Under the pieces are notes generated by a model. It did no database searches and was not told where the DNA came from. It saw only the letters and a list, made by a program, of their open reading frames with translations. Made by a program: the position numbers and the translations under genes. From Candidatus Pacearchaeota archaeon (GTDB taxonomy: Archaea > Nanobdellota > Nanobdellia > Pacearchaeales > GW2011-AR1), in the NCBI GenBank assembly GCA_018303755.1, contig JAGVXO010000008.1, forward strand, positions 1-60,086: a stretch of 60,086 bases of DNA, read 5' to 3'. Positions 1 to 9,690 of the stretch are shown here, one piece after another. How positions within the stretch are numbered: position 1 is the stretch's first letter; each line of letters starts with the position of its first letter.

Positions 1-249
1 TTGAGGAATTTAGCTCGTAGAAAATCCTCAATATATAATTTGATAAAAAAGACGCAGTCCGATTACTTCGAGAAAAAAATAATGTCCGAAACAGAGTATA
101 CCATAAAGATAGGGGTTTTCGGAGAGATGGTAAAAGAGATTGACAGACAGCTCCCTGAGATTTATGAACGGCTGATGAAACTTGGCGCAAAAAATATTGG
201 CAGTGAGAAAGAAATTAGGGGTAAAAAAAGAGTTAGATTTAAAAAGTAG
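1..249 (+). CDS. Hypothetical protein, probably 5'-truncated by the window edge
   Basis: ORF runs from base 1 to TAG at 247-249; no recognisable motif. Confidence 0.5.
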   Translation: MRNLARRKSSIYNLIKKTQSDYFEKKIMSETEYTIKIGVFGEMVKEIDRQLPEIYERLMKLGAKNIGSEKEIRGKKRVRFKK

Positions 250-277
250 GAAATTTACCTAATATAAAAAGAGCACC

Positions 278-1129
278 ATGATTAAGAGCATAAAACAGAT
301 GGTTAGGAATATAAAGAAGATCAGCAAAGGCAAGCCCACTGTTGGAGCAGGCGGGAGCAAAGAGACTTACATACATATAGGCCTTGAAGGCTTCGACTCG
401 CTTTTTGAACAGGGTTATGGGATTCCGACAGGATACGCTGTTTTAGTTGAAGGCGGGCCAGGTTCTGGAAAAACCATTTTTGGTCTCGCCGCCATAGATG
501 GGATGTGCAAGCAGGGAAAGAAATGTTTTTATATGAGCTTTGAAGAGCCAGAGGTAAGGCTCATTGAGCACATGAAAAATTTTAAGTGGCCCGTTGATGA
601 ATATATAAAAAAAGGGAAGCTGAGGATAACCCGGTTTGATGCACTTGACGTTTCAAGAAGCGTAGAAGCTTTGCTGAGTGCAGCAAAAAAAGAATTATTA
701 ATTGATGTTGACCCAGTCCTGTTTCCTGCAGATTTTAAGCCAGATTTTATAGTGGTTGATTCGCTTACAAGTATCTCAAGCGCATTTTCAGGTCAGGAAT
801 CCAGATTCAGAATTTATATTGAGCAACTGTTTAGGTATTTGGAAAAAAATGGAATAACCACCTTTTTGATAAGGGAAGTTTCCACGCCAACCCATATAGG
901 AAGTACATACAAGGAAGAAGGAGAGGCCGTTTCATTTCTCTCTGACGGTATAATTGTCATATACAACGTGATATACAATAAAGGCGATAGAGGGGGCGCA
1001 ATCGAGATACTCAAGATGAGAGGGGTAAATTTTAAAAAAAGGCTTGTTAGTTTCAAGATTATGGATAAAAAAGGGATGGTTGTTTATCCCAAGACGGTTT
1101 TAAAAAAAGGAACTTTTACGCTCACCTGA
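278..1129 (+). CDS. KaiC/RecA-superfamily ATPase (single-domain KaiC-like)
   Basis: Walker A GGPGSGKT, SFEE motif, Walker B FIVVDS, C-terminal SDGII..EILKMRG. Confidence 0.85.
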   Translation: MIKSIKQMVRNIKKISKGKPTVGAGGSKETYIHIGLEGFDSLFEQGYGIPTGYAVLVEGGPGSGKTIFGLAAIDGMCKQGKKCFYMSFEEPEVRLIEHMKNFKWPVDEYIKKGKLRITRFDALDVSRSVEALLSAAKKELLIDVDPVLFPADFKPDFIVVDSLTSISSAFSGQESRFRIYIEQLFRYLEKNGITTFLIREVSTPTHIGSTYKEEGEAVSFLSDGIIVIYNVIYNKGDRGGAIEILKMRGVNFKKRLVSFKIMDKKGMVVYPKTVLKKGTFTLT

Positions 1130-1283
1130 TTTATCCGTCCGTTGATTAATAGCCAAATTTAATGACCGGTAATTTTTGAAGGGATTCAGTGGAAACTTGT
1201 CATCATCAGGCTTATTTTCTCCAAAATATTTAAATAGGTTATTGCAATATAGATATCAATATTATACAAAGAGGTGAAAAAAT

Positions 1284-1487
1284 ATGGCTAAGCGAAAAGT
1301 GAATTGGGTGCTTACTTTGATAATAAGTATATTATTCGGTTCATTAGGTGTAGACCGGTTTATCATGGGGCACATAGGTCTCGGTATTTTGAAATTGATA
1401 ACCATGGGTGGCTGTGGTATTTGGTGGTTAATAGATTTGATATTAATCGCATTGAAGCACGATTTCAAAGATATAGAATGGGTTTAA
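1284..1487 (+). CDS. TM2 domain-containing small membrane protein
   Basis: LSILFGSLGVDRFIMGHIGLGILKLITMGGCGIWWLIDLI is the TM2 signature; GAGGTGA SD upstream. Confidence 0.85.
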   Translation: MAKRKVNWVLTLIISILFGSLGVDRFIMGHIGLGILKLITMGGCGIWWLIDLILIALKHDFKDIEWV

Positions 1488-1879
1488 TTTTTTTTATTTT
1501 ATTTAAGTATCTAAAGAAATTATGGGCCATTTTTCTCGAGTTTATTAGTTTTGGTACACCAAGAGCAATCGTAATAAATCTCTGTCTTATTATGGCTACG
1601 TTATTTTTTCTGCCCGCACAATATTTGCAAAAATCTTCCTTCCATTGTATTTTCAAGACATATATATTACCCTTATTTTTCAATGGTAATTGCCCCACTA
1701 CTGGTTTTTTTGCGAATTGTGATTGCCCTGCCTGTGGTCTTACTCATGCAGCACAAGCACTAGTTCATGGCAATTTCCAGCAGGCTTTGGCCTATAATCT
1801 CCTAGTTTTGCCGCTATTTATTGTTTTTTTCTCATTAATTGTCATAAATTTATTGAAAATTATGAAAAAGTTTAAATAA
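1478..1879 (+). CDS. DUF2752-like membrane protein
   Basis: CPACGLTHA...HGNFQQALAYNLL motif; start moved to ATG 1478 because the longer ORF overlaps the TM2 gene. Confidence 0.65.
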   Translation: MGLIFFILFKYLKKLWAIFLEFISFGTPRAIVINLCLIMATLFFLPAQYLQKSSFHCIFKTYILPLFFNGNCPTTGFFANCDCPACGLTHAAQALVHGNFQQALAYNLLVLPLFIVFFSLIVINLLKIMKKFK

Positions 1880-1936
1880 GGATTTATATTTAAGTTAATC
1901 AAATATCTCAATAATATAAAGGAGAGGTGAAAACAA

Positions 1937-2308
1937 ATGGCATCAAAAAAAATGGCACCAAAACAGTCGGTACCAAAACAAGCAGTATCTGATGTTGAAC
2001 AAGGTAAAATTTGTGCAATTTTAGCATGGATTTTTCCAATAGGGCTTATCTGGTATCTTGTTGATGAAAAGCTGAGGAAAAATAAATTTGCAGGATTTCA
2101 TGTAAAGCAGTCACTGGTATTATTCATTGCAGCAGTGATAATAAATGTCGTTGGAACAGTTATACCCGTTATAGGTTGGTTCATTATACTGCCAATTGGT
2201 AGCATATTGATTTTTGTCCTATGGGTTATGGGTCTGATTTCAGCGGCTTCAGGAACTCAGAAACAACTGCCAATTATCGGTAAGTTCGGCGAAAAATTTA
2301 ATTTTTAA
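1937..2308 (+). CDS. DUF4870-like membrane protein
   Basis: FAGFHVKQSLVLF...GTQKQLPIIGKF pattern, three hydrophobic segments, GAGGTGA SD. Confidence 0.8.
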   Translation: MASKKMAPKQSVPKQAVSDVEQGKICAILAWIFPIGLIWYLVDEKLRKNKFAGFHVKQSLVLFIAAVIINVVGTVIPVIGWFIILPIGSILIFVLWVMGLISAASGTQKQLPIIGKFGEKFNF

Positions 2309-2380
2309 ATTTTTTCTTTTATTTTATTCTTATTTTAACCGAAAGTAATATAAATGGCCCATATCATTTTCTAGTCTAAA

Positions 2381-2512
2381 CCCGTCGTAGTTTAACCTGG
2401 TAGAACCTTCGGCTGTAGATGAAATCACCACCCGACTTAAAGCATAAAAGCTAAGAATGACGGATGGTCAGCGGTTCCCGAAAGGTCGGCGGTTCAAATC
2501 CGCCCGACGGGA
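2381..2512 (+). tRNA. tRNA-Tyr(GTA) with a 58-nt intron at 37/38 (about 2419-2476)
   Basis: Acceptor CCCGTCG/CGACGGG, anticodon stem TTCGG/CCGAA, T-arm GGCGG-TTCAAAT-CCGCC; bulge-helix-bulge formed by CTGT:GCGG and TGA:TCA. Confidence 0.9.
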
Positions 2513-2587
2513 TATTATTTATTAAACTGCATAATCCTACTTTTCTAAGAAAGGTTTATTAATTACATTTATCTATAATAGATTGCA

Positions 2588-3664
2588 ATGAATGTTGAAG
2601 ACCGGTTCAATCTCATCCGTGAAGTCGGAGAGGAAGTAATCACAGAAGAAGAGCTTAAAAAACTTCTTGAAGAAAAAAAGCACCCTATAGCTTATGATGG
2701 TTTTGAGCCTTCAGGCAAAATTCACATTGCTCAAGGGGCATTAAGAGTTATTAATATTAATAAGATGATTAAGGCTGGTTGCAAGTTCAAGATATTCGTT
2801 GCAGACTGGCACGCTTTAGCAAATAATAAGTTAGGCGGAGATTTAGATAAAATCCAAACAGTTGGAAAATATTTCATTGAGGTATGGAAAGCCGCAGGCA
2901 TAGATACAACTAATGTAGAATTTGTATGGGGTTCTGATTTGGTTAAAGATGAGAAATACTGGGAAAAAGTCATGAAAGTTGCGGTCAATTCAACATTGAA
3001 TCGCATAGTAAGATGCTCCCAGATTATGGGCCGCTCAGAATCAGAGTCATTGCAAGCTTCTCAGATATTCTATCCTTGTATGCAATGCGCAGATATTTTT
3101 CATTTAGGTGTGGATATAGCCCAGTTAGGGATGGATCAAAGGAAGGTCAATATGCTTGCAAGAGAAATTGGGCCTTCTTTGGGTTTCTGGAAGCCAGTTG
3201 CTGTGCACCACCATATGCTTATGGGTTTGCAGGAGCCACCTGAAGAAAACCTGCCGGAGATAGAAAAAAAGATTGCAATGAAGATGTCCAAGTCAAAGCC
3301 CGACACAGCAATATTTATGCATGATCCTGAGCAGGAAGTAAAAAGAAAAATCTCTAAGGCTTACTGTCCAGAAAGAAAAACTAAAGATAACCCAATTATA
3401 GAATATATGAAGTATATTATTTTCGAAAAATATAAAAAAATAAAAATTGAGCGTTCAAGCAAATTCGGTGGAGATTTAGAACTGAATAATTGCCATGAAT
3501 TAGAAAGCCTATTCAGCGAGGGCAAGATACACCCTTTAGACTTAAAGAACACTGCCGCTAAATACATAAATGAAATATTAAATCCAGTAAGGCAGCATTT
3601 TGAAAAGAACAAGAAGGCTAAAGCATTGAAAGAAGAAGTTGAATCTTTTAACATAACAAGGTAG
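2588..3664 (+). CDS. tyrS: Tyrosyl-tRNA synthetase (archaeal type)
   Basis: AYDGFEPSGKIHIAQ, YPCMQCADI, LGMDQRKV, KMSKS. Confidence 0.95.
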   Translation: MNVEDRFNLIREVGEEVITEEELKKLLEEKKHPIAYDGFEPSGKIHIAQGALRVININKMIKAGCKFKIFVADWHALANNKLGGDLDKIQTVGKYFIEVWKAAGIDTTNVEFVWGSDLVKDEKYWEKVMKVAVNSTLNRIVRCSQIMGRSESESLQASQIFYPCMQCADIFHLGVDIAQLGMDQRKVNMLAREIGPSLGFWKPVAVHHHMLMGLQEPPEENLPEIEKKIAMKMSKSKPDTAIFMHDPEQEVKRKISKAYCPERKTKDNPIIEYMKYIIFEKYKKIKIERSSKFGGDLELNNCHELESLFSEGKIHPLDLKNTAAKYINEILNPVRQHFEKNKKAKALKEEVESFNITR

Positions 3665-3709
3665 TTCTTATTAGAAAAGTATAAATAATCATTTAACGTA
3701 GGATTTTTT

Positions 3710-4249
3710 ATGATATTCGATAAAAATTTTAAGGATATCCTGGCATCATCGATGATTTCAACATCAGGGGGCCTTTTTGCCGGCATTATTTTGGCAATAT
3801 ATGCTGATAAAATATTCTTAATACCAGGTATACTTGTTCTTCTGCCAGGCTTTCTTGAAATGAGAGGTAATATTAGCGGTACCCTATCAGCAAGAATAAG
3901 TTCAGGATTATTTATCCATGTGATAAAACCGAATCATATAAAGACAAAAATAATTAAAGGTAATGTTATTGCAGCATTATTTTTGGCGTTAATAATTTCA
4001 TTTTCATTGGGGCTGTTTGCCTTCGCTTTTAATTATTATATCTTTGGAATTTTCACAACAAAAATAATTTTGCTCCCATTAATTGCAGGCGTAATTGCCA
4101 ATTTGATTGAGGTGCCTCTTGCATTATTCACTACATTGTACCTTTTTAAGAAGGGACACGATCCAAATAATATAATGGGCCCATTTGTCAGTGCAACAGG
4201 GGATATAACAAGCATTATTGCATTGTTATTAGCATTGGTGATAGTATGA
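3710..4249 (+). CDS. MgtE/SLC41 integral-membrane domain protein (subunit 1)
   Basis: LLPGFLEMRGNISGTLSARISS and GHDPNNIMGPFVSATGD motifs. Confidence 0.8.
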   Translation: MIFDKNFKDILASSMISTSGGLFAGIILAIYADKIFLIPGILVLLPGFLEMRGNISGTLSARISSGLFIHVIKPNHIKTKIIKGNVIAALFLALIISFSLGLFAFAFNYYIFGIFTTKIILLPLIAGVIANLIEVPLALFTTLYLFKKGHDPNNIMGPFVSATGDITSIIALLLALVIV

Positions 4250-4938
4250 ATGACATTAATAAGCATATAAAAAAGTTGATTTCCATAAGAAGGGAAAAGC
4301 ATCATCCTTTGGTGCACCATATCCATAAAAAATACAATATCTCCAGAAAAACTCTTTTTTATATTAAGGAATATGGGCCACATTCTCATGTTGTAAAAAC
4401 AATAATGAAAGAAAGCCTCAAAATTTTATTCCTTGCATCGATAATAAGTTCACTCGGAGGTTTCGCACTTGAATTTATTAAGCCCCTATTTGTTTCATTT
4501 ATCCCCCTAGTTATAATGCTCCCTGCACTAAACAATATGATTGGGGCTTATGGTGCAATTATATCTTCCAGATTTACAACTCTTCTCCATGAAGGAAAAG
4601 TAGGGAAGAAATTATTTAAGAATGCAGAACTAAAAAATATATTTTGCCAGGTAATGATTATATCAATTATAACAACGATATTTTCTCTTTTAATTTCGTT
4701 CCTGATGTCTTATCTTGGAAAGGGGTTAGATTTCAATATTGCTTTAAAAATAGTGATTATCAGTTTAATCGACGTTATGTTCCTTATATGCCTGATTTTT
4801 ATCATTTCAATATTTGCTGGAGTTTATTATTATAAAAATAATGAAGATCCAAATAATTTTTTGATTCCAATTACGACATCAATTGCAGATTTTGGCAATA
4901 TGGGAATTTTAGCCGTTTTGATAATAATATTTTTATAA
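4246..4938 (+). CDS. MgtE/SLC41 integral-membrane domain protein (subunit 2)
   Basis: LPALNNMIGAYGAIISSRFTT and EDPNNFLIPITTSIAD; overlaps the previous gene's stop. Confidence 0.8.
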   Translation: MNDINKHIKKLISIRREKHHPLVHHIHKKYNISRKTLFYIKEYGPHSHVVKTIMKESLKILFLASIISSLGGFALEFIKPLFVSFIPLVIMLPALNNMIGAYGAIISSRFTTLLHEGKVGKKLFKNAELKNIFCQVMIISIITTIFSLLISFLMSYLGKGLDFNIALKIVIISLIDVMFLICLIFIISIFAGVYYYKNNEDPNNFLIPITTSIADFGNMGILAVLIIIFL

Positions 4939-4952
4939 AAAAAATAAAAAAA

Positions 4953-7193
4953 TTAGGCAAGAACTTTATCTGCCATTTTATCTTCAAGAGATTTATTCTT
5001 TACTGGGCTTATTTCTTTAGGTGTTGGCGTTGTTGAAGTTGCCACTTCAGCAGGAGTTTCTTCTATCTCCTGCCAATTTCCCACTACAATATCTCCTACA
5101 GGTTTTTCCTGCTTGAAATAAAGCTGATTGACAAAGCTTAAATCGTCTAGTTTGTTCATCATTATTTCTGATTCCGATATTGTGTACAGCACATCTCTTA
5201 TATATAGGCTTCTCCTTATCTCTTTGTTCCAATAGTCAAAGTAATAACCGCTTTTGATATAGATTTGGTCATCCTCAACGTGTGAGACTTTTCCTCTAAG
5301 TACAAAGCCATTAGCCAAGTCAATATTATAGACATAAGCACCTTGGAAAGTTACTTCTCCATAACTCCATGCATTTTGCGCAGGAGTTTTATGTTCTCTC
5401 ACAGTTATTGGTAGCACAAGCAGTCCTTTTTCTTTGTCAAAAAGGAAAGCTTTAGGGTCCCTTAATACGGGAGAATCAGTTCCTCTGTCTCCGATAGTAA
5501 CTTTGTACATCTCTACTGGATTACTTACATCAGTCACATCAAAGATGGCCATCTTAACTCCCTGATACCACGCAAAGTCAGTTTCTTCACCTGTTTCAGA
5601 TTTTGCCTCTTCAGCTTCCTTGCCTATTCCTATGAGGTGGTTTTCATCATAGGGATGCAGGTAATCAGAGTATCCCGGAATCTTGAGTTTTCCAAGCACA
5701 TTGGGGTTTGTAGGATTCGACATATCGATTACAAACAATGGGTCTGTATTCTTGAAAGTAACCATATATCCTCTGTCACCCATGAATCTTGCAGAATATA
5801 TTGTTTCTCCTGGTGCAAGCTCTTCAAGCTTTCCAACAAGATTCATTTCAGGATCAAGCACATATACATTATTTGTGGGTCTCTGTGTTTGTCCATTTCC
5901 GAGCCATTGCCCATCAATGGTTGTAGCTATCCTAAAATTCAGTTCATACTCATCCATTGAATACTGGTTCAGGACTCTTCCATTGACTTTGCCAGTGCCT
6001 ACATATTTTATATTTCCGTCTTCAAGATGGAATTTTGTTATTGCTGTCTTTTGTGTCATATCTTCTTTTATTTGTGTATCATTGACAGGCATTCCTACAT
6101 CTTCAACAGACTCATACTGTCTCCAATAATAGTTTGGATACATAGTTTGCACAATGTACAAATTATCCTGAGATGCAAAAACATTCTCTCCGGATCCTAC
6201 TATCAGTTCCTTCTTTGCTTCTAAATCATCCAAAGAGATAGAAGCAAGAGTCAGTATGCTTCTTGCTTGTACAGGGTCGATATATCCTATATCTATGCAT
6301 TTTTTTGAAGGTACAAAATCTTCTTTTGTTAGATTCTCCTTTTCAACTATGCTTTCTCTATACATTGGAATCATATCACTGCATTTAGCTACCGGTCCAT
6401 AATAGCGAGGATACGAATTCACGACAAAATAGACATCCTCATCAATCATTCTTGAAGTCAGATAATTTCCTTCAAAATCAAAGCTCTTCAAGAACTCAGG
6501 CTTCTCTTTATCTGAAATATCGTATACTTTTACTGAAGTTGCACTCATATACCATTGTTGCGGATAATAATAATCTGCTGATATTTTTACTTCAGAGGAT
6601 GCATCTCCGTTTACACCTGTCTGTGTTCTTTCAGCTTTCACTCCTTCGGCACCAGTGCTTAACAATGGGCCGTTATAGTTGGACTGTCCGAAAAGCACAA
6701 GATTATCTCCGTTTATGAACATCTCATTTATGTAGAAGTTATTATCTTCTATAGTTGAGATTATCTCTGCATCTTCAGCAGGATATGCCTCTGCTATATG
6801 CAATATATTGTGCGATATCGCATAGATATATTGGCCGTCAGTTTTCACGATATCTGCCTCATCAACTCCAGAAACTTGAACATTCGTTGTTGAATATACG
6901 TTTCCTGATGCTGAATCAGCAGATTCGGACTTAGCTGAAGCTGCGTCGCCCGCATTCTGCGTTAATGGCACATCCCCTCTATATATACCGCCATATTCAT
7001 AATTTCTGCTTTCGTTAAAAACTTTCTCGAAAGCTGTATCTGATTCAAATCTTTTTAATTCCTGAAATTTGTACTGATATTCATTGTTTATTCCAGGCAA
7101 TATATTCTCGCATCCGGAAAATATTGTCGCAACAAACATTAGGAGTACAAAAATCGCAAATAATTTATTTTTCATTTTATTGCCCTCCTTCAC
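4953..7193 (-). CDS. Secreted/lipid-anchored beta-propeller domain protein (COG4880-like)
   Basis: Signal peptide ending FSGC; YSTTNVQVSGVDEADIVKTDG, LNQYSMDE, GETIYSARFMGD, LKIPGYSDYLHP motifs. Confidence 0.85.
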   Translation of the reverse strand: MKEGNKMKNKLFAIFVLLMFVATIFSGCENILPGINNEYQYKFQELKRFESDTAFEKVFNESRNYEYGGIYRGDVPLTQNAGDAASAKSESADSASGNVYSTTNVQVSGVDEADIVKTDGQYIYAISHNILHIAEAYPAEDAEIISTIEDNNFYINEMFINGDNLVLFGQSNYNGPLLSTGAEGVKAERTQTGVNGDASSEVKISADYYYPQQWYMSATSVKVYDISDKEKPEFLKSFDFEGNYLTSRMIDEDVYFVVNSYPRYYGPVAKCSDMIPMYRESIVEKENLTKEDFVPSKKCIDIGYIDPVQARSILTLASISLDDLEAKKELIVGSGENVFASQDNLYIVQTMYPNYYWRQYESVEDVGMPVNDTQIKEDMTQKTAITKFHLEDGNIKYVGTGKVNGRVLNQYSMDEYELNFRIATTIDGQWLGNGQTQRPTNNVYVLDPEMNLVGKLEELAPGETIYSARFMGDRGYMVTFKNTDPLFVIDMSNPTNPNVLGKLKIPGYSDYLHPYDENHLIGIGKEAEEAKSETGEETDFAWYQGVKMAIFDVTDVSNPVEMYKVTIGDRGTDSPVLRDPKAFLFDKEKGLLVLPITVREHKTPAQNAWSYGEVTFQGAYVYNIDLANGFVLRGKVSHVEDDQIYIKSGYYFDYWNKEIRRSLYIRDVLYTISESEIMMNKLDDLSFVNQLYFKQEKPVGDIVVGNWQEIEETPAEVATSTTPTPKEISPVKNKSLEDKMADKVLA

Positions 7194-8235
7194 TTCTGCT
7201 TTTTTCTACTATAATCTTCTTATGCGCCTTGTATTTTTCTCTCATATTTTCAGAGGTTATCTCTCCAATCTTCTTTGCTACACTGATATCATATCCAAAA
7301 TCATTTATCTCTTCAGCTATGTCTCTTGCGATTTTTTCATTACTAGCTTCTTTGGCTCTTGAAATCAGATTTTGTAAATCTTCTATTTGGAGCATTATTG
7401 CATCTATCTCTTCACGGCTTAACACCGCATTAGTTGCTTGAGCACCGGCAGCTTCATTAACTGCTCCAAGATTAAATGATTTTTCTCGAGATGTAGCAGA
7501 TTGCATAACTTCAGGCTGGCCCAATCTTATTCTTGCATTTTGAAGAGCGTCTTCCGCCTTTGCAATCATTTCATTAGCTCTTTCTTTTCTTCCGGCAGTT
7601 AATCCCGTTTTTTCATCTATTGCTCTTTCTTCAGCATTGACTTTATTTTCACTTTTATTGCTCAATGCCTTATATTTTGTCTTAGCATTCTCTTTCTTTG
7701 TGTCTGCCTTATTCTCCATTTCTCGAGCCCTTTCTTTTATCCTTGAGAACACTTCTTCCAAATGAGCTATCTGTTCTGCGCCCATTACTTTTCTTTGCCT
7801 CTCTAAAATTTCATCTTTAATTTCTGCGACTTTTTGGTAATGCGATTCAACTTTATTTTGTAATTCAGAAATCTTTTCCATAGCTTGTTTTGCTTTTTCA
7901 GCATCACCATTGCTTTCAATCTCTTCTATAGCTTTTTCCACAGCAGCTATAGAACTATTATAACTTTTAGCTGCTTTTAGCAGTCCTTTTTCATTAGCCT
8001 TTTCGGCCATTTTCTTAGCTTCAAATATTCTTTCTTTTGCGATTTCCAATCCCTTTCCAGGTTTATCGGACGCTAAAGCCAGGCTTATCCGATCCAATGC
8101 CTTATCTAATCCGTAAAGTATAGAATCGGGCATTATTCCGTTCTCTTCTTCAGTTGTTACGCTTGCTTCTTGGGCAAAAGCGAATGGCATCAAAGCCACC
8201 AACATTATTAGCATTATGCTCATTAATTTTTTCAT
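7177..8235 (-). CDS. Secreted helical protein with DUF5667-like N-terminal domain
   Basis: Signal peptide (FAFA|QE), GIMPDSILYGLDKALDRI motif, coiled-coil composition. Confidence 0.65.
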   Translation of the reverse strand: MKKLMSIMLIMLVALMPFAFAQEASVTTEEENGIMPDSILYGLDKALDRISLALASDKPGKGLEIAKERIFEAKKMAEKANEKGLLKAAKSYNSSIAAVEKAIEEIESNGDAEKAKQAMEKISELQNKVESHYQKVAEIKDEILERQRKVMGAEQIAHLEEVFSRIKERAREMENKADTKKENAKTKYKALSNKSENKVNAEERAIDEKTGLTAGRKERANEMIAKAEDALQNARIRLGQPEVMQSATSREKSFNLGAVNEAAGAQATNAVLSREEIDAIMLQIEDLQNLISRAKEASNEKIARDIAEEINDFGYDISVAKKIGEITSENMREKYKAHKKIIVEKSRSEGGQ

Positions 8236-8324
8236 ATTGTTGCCTCCATAATTTTATTCATAGCCTTAACATTCTTAGAACTTATATTTAATTAATTTGT
8301 GAAATAATATGAAACAAGATGAAA

Positions 8325-9155
8325 CTAGCCCTTTATCCTTATCTTATTTGTATTGCCATAAGGGATTTTCTCTATTATTCCTTTTTGCTCTAAAGCTCTC
8401 AATTTTCTAGAAAGTTTTACTTTGCTGATGCCACTTTTTATCTCCAATTGCTTCTGCCACATTTCTCCGCATTTTATCAATATTTCCGTTATTTGTTTCT
8501 CTTCTTCGAATAGATTCTTTGTCAAATCATTTTTAACTATTTTTTTCTTTAGCTTTATTCCTAAGATAAAGGCAATGGCAATCGCGGAAGCAATAGCAAT
8601 AAATGAATATATCAGAATCGCATAATTCATTCCTGCATTGTATATCACCAATATTGCTGCATTTTTTGAGATATCTTTCCACTCTATTATTATCCTCTTC
8701 CCATCAATGCCTACGAACTGTGTTTTAGGTATTATAGAGTTTTTTTTCGAGCTTGAGTCATATTCAAGAAAAGCCCCTTCAGGAAGCTTTAACTTTACAT
8801 CCATAATTTTAGCATCAATATCTGATAAATCTAAAATAAAAAAATCATTTTTAGTTCTTTCAATCACAGTGCTTGTTCTGTATTTTATGTTTATCCAGCT
8901 TGCCTTGTCCTTTGTTTGTAGCTTTTTATAGCTTTTTAAATCAATGACTTCATATTTGACATTTGCACTTATTTCATTAGCATCATCCGGGAGGTTCCAT
9001 TCAAAATAATCTTTTTCGGCTAATTCAAAGCCTAAATTAACAGAAGCATAATTCTTCTCTAGTATGTATTCTGCTTGATAGCTTTCTATTGCACTAGCCG
9101 CTTGGATTAATATAAAGAAAGTTATTAATGCTATAAATAAGCGTTTCATGAACAT
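8325..9155 (-). CDS. Membrane-anchored protein with extracellular N-domain and C-terminal winged HTH (COG2512-like)
   Basis: Signal peptide, TM segment, then LFEEEKQI..GEMWQKQL..SKVKLSRKLRALEQKGIIEKIPYGNTNKI. Confidence 0.75.
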   Translation of the reverse strand: MFMKRLFIALITFFILIQAASAIESYQAEYILEKNYASVNLGFELAEKDYFEWNLPDDANEISANVKYEVIDLKSYKKLQTKDKASWINIKYRTSTVIERTKNDFFILDLSDIDAKIMDVKLKLPEGAFLEYDSSSKKNSIIPKTQFVGIDGKRIIIEWKDISKNAAILVIYNAGMNYAILIYSFIAIASAIAIAFILGIKLKKKIVKNDLTKNLFEEEKQITEILIKCGEMWQKQLEIKSGISKVKLSRKLRALEQKGIIEKIPYGNTNKIRIKG

Positions 9156-9310
9156 TAACTATATTTTTAGATATATAAATATTGCCCATTAAAATTGATT
9201 TTTATCGTTATTATAAGGAAAAATTGATAGAAAGTTTTATATATCAATTGATATACCCATCCAAATACAAGGAGTATATCTTAAAATGCAAATAACTTTT
9301 TAAAGGACAA

Positions 9311-9514
9311 ATGTCCATTAATTATATGAACAAATGGACTGAAATCGCGGTTGGATTGATTCTTGTTTTAATCGCAGTTATAGGCGTGTTTGGAGCTTAT
9401 ACTCCAACATGGGCAGCTGCAACATGGGTAGTGCTGAAAGGCGGAATTGTATGGATGATTTTCTTCATAGGACTTTTGCTTCTTTTGCTCGGAATAAGCG
9501 ACTTGAGAAATTAA
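9311..9514 (+). CDS. Small two-TM hypothetical membrane protein
   Basis: Two hydrophobic segments; ORF track. Confidence 0.6.
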   Translation: MSINYMNKWTEIAVGLILVLIAVIGVFGAYTPTWAAATWVVLKGGIVWMIFFIGLLLLLLGISDLRN

Positions 9515-9534
9515 CCTTAATTAACAGCTCATTT

Positions 9535-9685
9535 CATTCGCCTATTCTTCTTTTGCAAATCTGATATCTGCTTTGCACCTTGATTTCTTGGGGGTTTAAT
9601 TTAATATTAAATGGAAAATAATATTGATAAAAAGAAAAAATGAAAAGATACAAAAATGTGAAAAAAGAATTGGATGTTAGCAGAT
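9535..9685 (+). repeat. Dispersed intergenic element (degenerate copy)
   Basis: GCAAATCTGATATC followed by AAATGTGAAAAAAGAATTGGATGTTAGCA. Confidence 0.55.
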
Positions 9686-9690
9686 AAAAA

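Noticed and set aside
1185-1196. TTCAGTGGAAAC resembles an archaeal ORB origin box
   Set aside because: Single imperfect copy, no G-string, no partner box and no orc1/cdc6 nearby
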